From an uncultured delta proteobacterium (lineage in GTDB: Bacteria > Desulfobacterota > Binatia > Binatales > Binataceae), in NCBI GenBank assembly GCA_963724765.1, contig CAVRVY010000003.1, positions 1 through 64,000 of the forward strand: a stretch of DNA of 64,000 bases, read 5' to 3'. The notes below the pieces were generated by a model, which did no database searches, was not told the origin of the DNA, and saw only the letters and a program-made list of their open reading frames with translations. This document shows positions 56,673-64,000 of this stretch, in pieces (positions within the stretch are counted from its first letter, which is position 1; each line of letters opens with the position of its first letter). A program made the position numbers and the translations under genes.

Positions 56673-57071
56673 CCCAAGTCCGCGCGGAGTTTCTACCTTC
56701 TCCACAATGTAGGGAAAATATACAGACTGGCTGGCGGAGCGAACTGAATTCGAACTGCCGGTACCGGTTTCTAAACTGTCAGACGACAGCGTCGTGTTAT
56801 AATTTCCGACGCTGAGGAGACAAACAGATGCGCTTCAAACCGGACTCGAACTCCGCGTTTGCTAGCCGCTTGGTGGCGGTGCCAATCTAAATCAGGATTC
56901 ACAACGGAAACTCCTGATTACGCCCCGAGCAGACGTGAAGAGAAAGGAGGAGGCCCGAGCGTGCGACTTTTCTTGAACGCAATTTTAAGTAGGTTCGTGG
57001 CGAGCTTCCTTTTGGCAGAGACCCCGGCCGCCGCCGGGACAGCGACAGCCACAATCAACTTAGTCAACGCC

Positions 57072-58167
57072 TGTGCTTAGTCAAAACCTAAACTCTGACA
57101 TATTGGTGATGCAGCCCGCCCAGCATTGAGATGACTGCTATGGGACCGAGCTTCTGCGGGCGACGAAAAGTCGGCGCATTCTTGTGCAATGAGAGATGCG
57201 TCCGGACTTCGTTATAATAGGAAGCGTAATTCTTTAGAACGCGACGCAAGTGCGCTTCGTCGAACACCACCAGGTGGTCGAGACATTCGCGCCGGATAGA
57301 GCCGATGAGGCGCTCGACGTGGCCGTTCTGCCACGGTGAGCGCGGTGCAGTCGGATGGTCGCGGATCCGCATTGCCCGAATGCGATGGGTGTAGGCTGGG
57401 CCGAAGGCCCCGTCGCGGTCGCGAATCAGGTGACTGGGCGCTTCATCCCAGGGGAACGCGTCCGTCACCTGACCAGCGATCCACTCGGCGGTCGGATTGG
57501 AAGTGACGCTGATTGTGACTAGCCGCCGGCGGGCGTGACGCAGGATAACCAAGCCATAGAGCAGCTTGAACGAGATGGTGCGCACCACGAACAGATCCAG
57601 CGAAGCGATGCCGGCCGCGTGATTACGCAGGAAAGTCTTCCAACCTTGGGACGGTGGTCGGCGGCGCCGGACCATATACCTGCCGACGGTTGACTCAGCA
57701 ACTTCGATGCCAAGCATCAACAACTCGCCGTGGATCCGCGGTGCGCCCCACAGTGGGTTCTCGCCGCTCATCCGCCGGATCAGCGCTCGAATATCTGAAT
57801 TGATCCGTGGACGGCCGCCGACGTGGCGGGACTTCCAGCGCCAGTATGCGCGGAAACCGCGTCGGTGCCAGCGGAGAATCGTCTCCGGCTGGACGATGAT
57901 AATCGCGTCCAGGAGTGACGGGTAAAGTCGATACAGCCATACGAACAGCAAGCGATCGACGTTCCACAGTCTCACGCGCGTCGGAGACTTGCGCCGTAGA
58001 ATTACAAGCTGTTGGCGCAGGAAGAGATTCTCGGCCTCTAGCCGCGCTCGACTCGTGAACCGCGACCGGATGGCAAGCAGTAGCTGGGTCAGAAACGCGA
58101 CCATCGGCCGCTTCACAAGCATACGCCCATGTGCGCATCATCCCGGATAAGGTTTTCGGAAGGCACA
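57072..58167 (-). mobile_element. IS-A copy 5 with intact 344-aa transposase (57088-58122)
   Basis: Both ends present, uninterrupted ORF; abuts and truncates an IS-B copy. Confidence 0.93.
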
Positions 58168-58994
58168 GGTGCCGTGACGACCTCAGCGATTCCCATCGCG
58201 GCGACTCGCTTGCTGAAGACCGAGCCGTAGGAGGTGTCGCGGTCGCGCAGCAGAAAGCTGGGAGCCGTGTCCCACGGAAACGCTTCTATTACCTGCTGCG
58301 AAAGCCACGCCGCCGTGGGATGCTGCGTAACATCGAACTGCACAATCTTTCTGCGACCGTGAGCCAGGATGATCATCACGTAGAGCAGTCGAAACGAGAC
58401 CGACACGACGACGAACATGTCGATGGCGGCGATGCCGATTACTTCGTTGCGCAGGAAGCTACGCCATGTCGGTGAAGACGTTCCGATTCGTCGCACCATG
58501 TACTTTGCGACCGTGGCTTGGCTGACCTCGATACCGAGCTTCAAGAGCTCGCCGTGGATGCGGGGCGCACCCCACAGCGGGTTGGCGCTGTTCATCTGCC
58601 GGATCAGATCACGAACTTCGCGATCTACTGAGGGCCTTCCAGACCTTGAGCGCCAACGCCAATAGAGCCGGAAGCCTTGTCGATGCCACTGGACTACGGT
58701 GGCTGGCTTTACCAACACCATGAGGTTCAAGCACCGTGGCCAGACCCGGTAAAGCCAGACCCGGAGTAAGCGATCGAGCGTGGAGAGCCGGACGCGGCCA
58801 GGACGCTGGCGACGCAGCACTGTCAGCTGGTGGCGGAGCGCAATGACCTCGAGCTCCAATTTCGCGCGGCTGCGAAACCGACCGACAAGCCATGAAAGAA
58901 GCGCCAAGATAAATGCGAGCATGCCCGTGACGTTACGGCCGAGCTAGATAAATCGCTAGACTTTTTGAGGCTTTCCGAGTTTTCAATAGGGACA
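58168..58994 (-). mobile_element. IS-B copy, 3'-truncated by IS-A copy 5
   Basis: Near-identical to 49308-50134; end TGTCCCTATTGAAAACTC at 58994. Confidence 0.9.
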
Positions 58995-59103
58995 CCCCAT
59001 GCCCCAAGGGCAAAGCTGCTAACCATTTCTCTCGTGAGATTTGGAGTCCTCGATCGAGGTTTCTGCGATACGAAACCCTTCGATGTATGTGTCACGACGT
59101 GAG

Positions 59104-59300
59104 CCCGTCATCCCAGATCCTACCAACGCGAAGACTTCGTCTTCGATCCGCTTGCACTATCTGGCCTTATTGGAAGAGAAGATCGGCGCGCTCGACCAGG
59201 CCGCGCCGCTGGTCGGCTGGGATCTGCCCGCAGAGTTCGCGACCCTGCGCCGGCTGCTCGAGGCCCGCATGGGCAAGCCCGGCAAGCGTGAGTTCGTCCA
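59104..59300 (+). mobile_element. IS21 IstA internal fragment
   Basis: RHPRSYQREDFVFDP / HYLALLEEKIGALDQAAPL..RRLLEARMGKPGKREFV. Confidence 0.7.
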
Positions 59301-59853
59301 CTTCGAGGTCGTGCGCTTCGTCGAGAAGCCGCCGCTCGAGGCGGCGCGCCGGATGGTCGCGTCGGGGAAGTTTTTGTGGAACGCCGGGATGTTCGTGATG
59401 GATGTCGCGACGCTGGCATCCGAGCTTGAGCAGCACGCTCCGGATCTCGCCCGCGCGATGCGTGAGTTCGCCGGAGCGCCGGCGGCCACGGTCGCGCGCA
59501 TCTATCGCCGCCTCGATTTCGACGCGTTCGATCGCGTGGTTGCCGAGAAGAGCCGCAACGTGCTGAGCGTGCAGGCGCGCTTTCGATGGCATGACGTGGG
59601 AAGCTGGGAGGGGCTCTGGGAGGCGCTCGGCGGGCGCGAATCCAACGTGCTCAAGGGCGAGGTGATCGCGCTTGACTGCGAGGGCGTGCTGGCGCGCGGC
59701 GGCGAGGGACGCCTGATGGTGTTGCTGGGCGTGAAGGACCTGGTCGCGGTCGACACCGGCGATGCGCTCCTGATTGCCGGCCGCAAAAGCTCGCAGGATC
59801 TCCGCCGCGTGGTCGACCAACTCGCACGCCGCCGCCTCGATCGCTACCTGTAG
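59301..59853 (+). pseudogene. Mannose-1-phosphate guanylyltransferase C-terminal half
   Basis: RFVEKP, WNAGMF, WHDVGSW, VDTGDALL; N-terminal half absent. Confidence 0.8.
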
Positions 59854-60038
59854 CCGCGACTTCTTTTTTCCTGTGCGTTAGGACGCCGATGCGCTGAGGA
59901 TCCGCGGACTCGGTTAGGCCGCAGGATCTGCGAGCAGCGGTTCTGAAACTGACCCGGAGCAGATTGCAGATCTGGCATGTTGCTCCGGTAAGTCAACGCT
60001 CGCACAGGCGGCGTGCTCGATCGGTGATACGCAGACGC

Positions 60039-60461
60039 CTAGGTTCTGGCCCGGTTGGTCGCTGTCGCTGCGCTCAATGACGTATCCGAACGGGCTGGAT
60101 GGACAGCTGTCGTCGTGGAGGCAGTTACCGAAAACAAGTGTTTGAGTTTGCCGTTTGTCGGTGAAGTGGTTCGAACGTGTTGGTCCAGCTTGAACACAGT
60201 AATGCTTTCCGGATGCACCAACTCGCAAAGCTGGTGCAGAGTGCTCTGCACCTTGTCATCGAACAGCAAGAACTCGAGCCGTAGGCGAGACAGATCGGCC
60301 GTAAACTCACAGCCTCTGTATAGTTGCTGCCGTCCGCCGGCCAGCGCGCCACCCGAACGGTAGATCTGGACTATATCGAATTCCGAGATTCCGAGCCGAG
60401 GCGCCGCTTCCTTGAACGCGTCCAAAGCCCAAGGGGTGATTACTGCTTCTATCCTTTTCAT
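60039..60461 (-). CDS. Divergent PII-family protein
   Basis: MKRIEAVITP, LGI, YRGCEF, RLRLEF..DDKV. Confidence 0.75.
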   Translation of the reverse strand: MKRIEAVITPWALDAFKEAAPRLGISEFDIVQIYRSGGALAGGRQQLYRGCEFTADLSRLRLEFLLFDDKVQSTLHQLCELVHPESITVFKLDQHVRTTSPTNGKLKHLFSVTASTTTAVHPARSDTSLSAATATNRART

Positions 60462-60529
60462 TTCATAACTCCAGAGCGAGAAAAAGGTACACTCCAGTTG
60501 AGAACCGTGTGCTTCTATCGTTTGAGATG

Positions 60530-60545
60530 AGCAGAAACTATGCCA
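60530..60545 (-). promoter_or_regulatory. Putative sigma-54 promoter of the PII-like gene
   Basis: TGGCATAGTTTCTGCT = GG-N10-GC. Confidence 0.7.
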
Positions 60546-61088
60546 TGCCTAAGGTCCTGTAAGACTAGAGCTTTTTCAGCTCAAGATGATTGGCTTGGTT
60601 TCACTCCTCGGCAGGACTTTGCTGCAATTTGCGATCTGAGTCAGGGTGATCGAGATTGAGAGATTGCTGGCTGGTATCCCTGGGCAATTGGAAAGTTCCC
60701 GAGAGGATTTGATCCAGCTCACTGAGGGTTACTTGCAAGTGTGCGCGCTGCATGCGCTCTCACGCTAATCCTCGAGGAGTCGCGATGGTGCGTTGCGCAC
60801 GGAGCGCCGCCGCGCTCTCAGTGCAGATGGTAGGTCGCGTGCCAGCGCGTGTAACTCAAACGCTCGTGGTCCTAGTGCTCGCGCAGCGCGGGATCTTCGC
60901 TATCGAATCCGCGCTCGCGACAAAAGGCGATGAAATCGGCGTAGCGCAGCAGCCGAACGGACTCGCGCTGTTCCTCGATGACCAGGTCCGCCGCACTCAT
61001 CTCGGCAATCATGTCGTTAACAACGCTCGACTCAAGCTGGTCGCGAAGTCTCATTTCCTTGCACTGCGTCGGTTCTGATCGCTGCTGG

Positions 61089-61583
61089 TTAACCTGGATT
61101 GGCTCGCCAAACCCTCACTTTCCAGGCTCGGCGGCCGGCCGAAATCAATGCAGCGAGGCGTCCTCGAAACGTCTTAAGGGGTGTGACTTCCTGCGTGAGA
61201 CGCGAGCCCGCTGTCAGGCGGCTGAAGACGGGACACGGCCCTAAGCCGAACGTCGCAAGTCTCTCGGCTGCCTCCGAGGTTTGGATTAGACTTCCGTTCG
61301 CGTCCAAAGGGGTCACGGTCACCACAGTCCACCGGTCGTCAACCCTGAAGGCCCATTTGCATCTGAGGCAGTAGTATAGGTGCAGCCGCCGTCCCGAAGC
61401 TGCGTCTGTCTCCAACGCCCAAATCGCAAAATTGTGCCGCATCTCGGCAGGCGAAAAGATTGGAGCGCCCAATGGCGCACGTTTCTGCGAGAATTCCGGC
61501 TTGCGGTGTTTGACCAGCGCCAAGCCGCGAAACGGCGCGTTGCTATCCAGGGCAGTTCGGACAACATGGGATTTCAGTTCCAC
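61089..61583 (-). CDS. Hypothetical protein with CxxC motif
   Basis: YYCLRCKWAF and GPCP; GGAG RBS; preceded by a sigma-54 motif. Confidence 0.55.
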   Translation of the reverse strand: MELKSHVVRTALDSNAPFRGLALVKHRKPEFSQKRAPLGAPIFSPAEMRHNFAIWALETDAASGRRLHLYYCLRCKWAFRVDDRWTVVTVTPLDANGSLIQTSEAAERLATFGLGPCPVFSRLTAGSRLTQEVTPLKTFRGRLAALISAGRRAWKVRVWRANPG

Positions 61584-61627
61584 TGCTGTACTCCGAGAGG
61601 ACCCTACACGATTCCTCTCGTAAGTAG

Positions 61628-61643
61628 AGCATTTCTTATGCCG
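61628..61643 (-). promoter_or_regulatory. Putative sigma-54 promoter
   Basis: CGGCATAAGAAATGCT = GG-N10-GC, ~45 bp upstream of the 61583 start. Confidence 0.6.
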
Positions 61644-61782
61644 CGTGTGGCCCTGTTCAATCTCCCAGTAATTAAGCGGCCACCAAAAAAGGCGGTCGGC
61701 TGAACATTGCAGATTGCAGCAATGGTTCGCTGCGTCTTGAAAGACCTTCGAGGCGACTCTTTCGTTGGCCGACGTCTAGTGC

Positions 61783-63114
61783 CTAGTCGAGCTTGTAGCG
61801 CTTGCGTTTGCGCCACAGGGTAGTGACGTTTATTCCAAGGTTTTCCGCTGCGTCCTGAAGTGTTGGCGACTCGGCCAAGACGCGCATTATCTGTTCGCGT
61901 TCGATCTCCTCTAGACTGGCTGAGGAAAGGGAGCTCGGTGCGAGAGGGCGCTGCTGAAAAAGGGTGTCCGGGAGGCACTCCGGACTGATCAAGTTGCTCT
62001 GGGAGAGCACCGCGGCGCGCTCGACGGCATTGCGCAACTCGCGCACATTACCCGGCCAGCCGTAATTGGCAATTACTACCTGAGCCTCGGGTGAGAAACG
62101 CAATTGCGAGCGGTGGTTACGAATAGCAGCGGCCGAAAGTAGCCGCTCCGCAAGAGGAAGTATGTCTTCGGCATGTTCGCGTAGCGGGGGTACAGGCAGA
62201 GCAATGACGTCAAGCCTATAGAACAGGTCCTCCCGAAAGTGGTGAGCCGCCACCTCGGCTGGAAGATCGCGGTTCGATGCGGCTATGATGCGCGCGTCCA
62301 CGTGAATTGTGTTGTCACCACCGACGCGTTCGAAACGCTGTTCCTGAACGAAGCGAAGAAACTTGGCTTGGAGAGGGGCACTCAAATCAGCGATCTCGTC
62401 GAGGAAGACTGTGCCGCCATTAGCAGCCTCCAGACGGCCCGGCTTGTCCTTAATGGCCCCGGTGAATGCCCCTTTGACATGGCCAAAGAGTTCGCTCTCA
62501 AGCAACTGCTCGGACAGTGTGGTGCAATTGACAACGACAAAAGGCTCTTCACGACGCAGACTCCAACGGTGAATCTGGTGCGCAAGGACGTTTTTGCCCG
62601 TACCGCTTTCACCTGTCAAAAGAATCGCTGCTTCGCTGGCAGCGACACGTTGGGCGTCATGAAGCAAGCGCTGCATCGCAGGACTGCGAGACTCGAGCCA
62701 CGGCCGCTCTTCCAGCGTGTCACGCAATCCACGAACCTCGCCGCGCAGGCTTCGAGTTTCGAGGGCCCGTTCGACGGCGTGTTCGACCTGATCGAGTGAA
62801 AAAGGCTTTGTGAGGTAGTCGTAAGCGCCCGCCTTCATAGCGGCGACGGCGTTTTCCACCGTTGCATACGCCGTCATCAGAATTACCAAAACGTCAAGAT
62901 CTCGATCTTTGATATGCCTCAGTAGTTCGTAACCATTCATCTCTGCCATGCGGTAGTCCGTCAGGACCAGATCGAAACCGTCTTCCTCTGAGAAGCGCGC
63001 GAGCGCTTGCTGGCCGCTTTCCGCAGTGCGCACCTGATAGCCACGCCCTTCGAAGAGTGTAGCGAGATTTACGCGGATGTTTTTTTCATCGTCGACTATC
63101 AGGATCTTTGCCAT
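61783..63114 (-). CDS. Sigma-54-dependent response regulator (NtrC/AlgB-like)
   Basis: REC (ILIVDDE), GESGTGK, ESELFGH, GAFTGA, FLDEI, WPGNVREL, Fis-type HTH. Confidence 0.95.
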   Translation of the reverse strand: MAKILIVDDEKNIRVNLATLFEGRGYQVRTAESGQQALARFSEEDGFDLVLTDYRMAEMNGYELLRHIKDRDLDVLVILMTAYATVENAVAAMKAGAYDYLTKPFSLDQVEHAVERALETRSLRGEVRGLRDTLEERPWLESRSPAMQRLLHDAQRVAASEAAILLTGESGTGKNVLAHQIHRWSLRREEPFVVVNCTTLSEQLLESELFGHVKGAFTGAIKDKPGRLEAANGGTVFLDEIADLSAPLQAKFLRFVQEQRFERVGGDNTIHVDARIIAASNRDLPAEVAAHHFREDLFYRLDVIALPVPPLREHAEDILPLAERLLSAAAIRNHRSQLRFSPEAQVVIANYGWPGNVRELRNAVERAAVLSQSNLISPECLPDTLFQQRPLAPSSLSSASLEEIEREQIMRVLAESPTLQDAAENLGINVTTLWRKRKRYKLD

Positions 63115-64000
63115 AGCGCCTCCGGCTCCGCGGGCAACTCGACCGTGAAGCAGGTTCCCTTGCCCAACGTGCTGTCCACAAAGATTCGGCCTCCATGCGC
63201 CTCGACGATTTCCTTGGCGATTGCGAGGCCCAAACCCGCGGAGCCCGGCTGCGCTCCATTTACATTCCATTGGGCGAAGCGTTCGAAAAGACGCTCTCGG
63301 AGTTCAGCCGCGATGCCGGGTCCCGTATCACAGACCTGCAGTCGAACCGTCCGCGCTATCGTCTGTGACGATAGCGTGATCGTTCCGTCGACGGGCGTGT
63401 AACGCAACGCATTGGCGATCAGGTTTGACACAACCCACGACAACTTCACCGGGTCAGCGCGAATCTTTTGTGCGGACTGGTCGAAGTCCGTTGTGAACCG
63501 AACCGGCTTCTGTTCCGCCTGAAGCGCGAAAGTCCTGGTTACCGTCTTCAGCAGTTGCGTGAGATCGACGGGAATAGTCTGAAGAGTAATTGCCGCTCCC
63601 TCGCCTCGGGCAAGGTCGAGCAACCCATTTGCCAGATTCGTCATCCGCCCCGCATCTTCACGAATCGCACACACCATCGCCCGTTGCGCTGCACTCAAGC
63701 TGCTGCTGCGTTGCAACAGTTCCGCCGAAAGTGCAAGGGACGTAAGCGGCGTTTTTAGCTCATGCGACAAGGTCGCGACTAGATCGGTCCGTGCCTGGTC
63801 CTTGTCGCGCAGATAGGTGATGTCCTGCAGAATGAGGATAGTCCCAAAAGACTGGCCGTTTTCATGTCTAAGCGGCACGGCCTTCAGGACGTAGGTGTGG
63901 TTTCGACCGCGCACGTGAAGATCGACCTCGACTCGCTGCGGCTCCGGGAGTTGCGTTGCCCCGCCCCGCAGTGCAGACCTAACCCGCAGGTAATGAGGAT
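63099..64000 (-). CDS. Sensor histidine kinase (KinB/KdpD-like C-terminus), 5' end outside the window
   Basis: SHELKTPL H-box, NLIANALRY, DTGPGI, GLGLAI. Confidence 0.92.
   Translation of the reverse strand, partial: PHYLRVRSALRGGATQLPEPQRVEVDLHVRGRNHTYVLKAVPLRHENGQSFGTILILQDITYLRDKDQARTDLVATLSHELKTPLTSLALSAELLQRSSSLSAAQRAMVCAIREDAGRMTNLANGLLDLARGEGAAITLQTIPVDLTQLLKTVTRTFALQAEQKPVRFTTDFDQSAQKIRADPVKLSWVVSNLIANALRYTPVDGTITLSSQTIARTVRLQVCDTGPGIAAELRERLFERFAQWNVNGAQPGSAGLGLAIAKEIVEAHGGRIFVDSTLGKGTCFTVELPAEPEALWQRS

Overview
GC-rich (~60%) bacterial window. Gene content (DUF1329, many LLM/SDR/nitroreductase/amidase genes) suggests Candidatus Binatota, but this is inference. It is a heavily decayed accessory region. 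Catabolic clusters (CoA-transferase, amidases, nitroreductases, LLM monooxygenases, SDRs), katG-perR, a divergent kdpA/kdpC pair, a phage packaging-module remnant and a sigma-54 two-component system are interspersed with many copies of two TGT...ACA DDE insertion sequences (called IS-A and IS-B here), an intact IS5, and IS3/IS21/IS110 fragments. The strongest observation is an IS621-like IS110 bridge RNA at 45230-45429 (minus strand). Its target guides spell a 14-bp site matching 13/14 positions of the IS-A terminal repeat, and it is inserted exactly at that site's CT core. Other notable items are a KdpA with all four selectivity-filter segments altered, an IS5-interrupted HigB-HigA fusion, and a small sigma-54 regulon containing an atypical PII protein. 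All family assignments come from motif recognition by eye; no searches were run.
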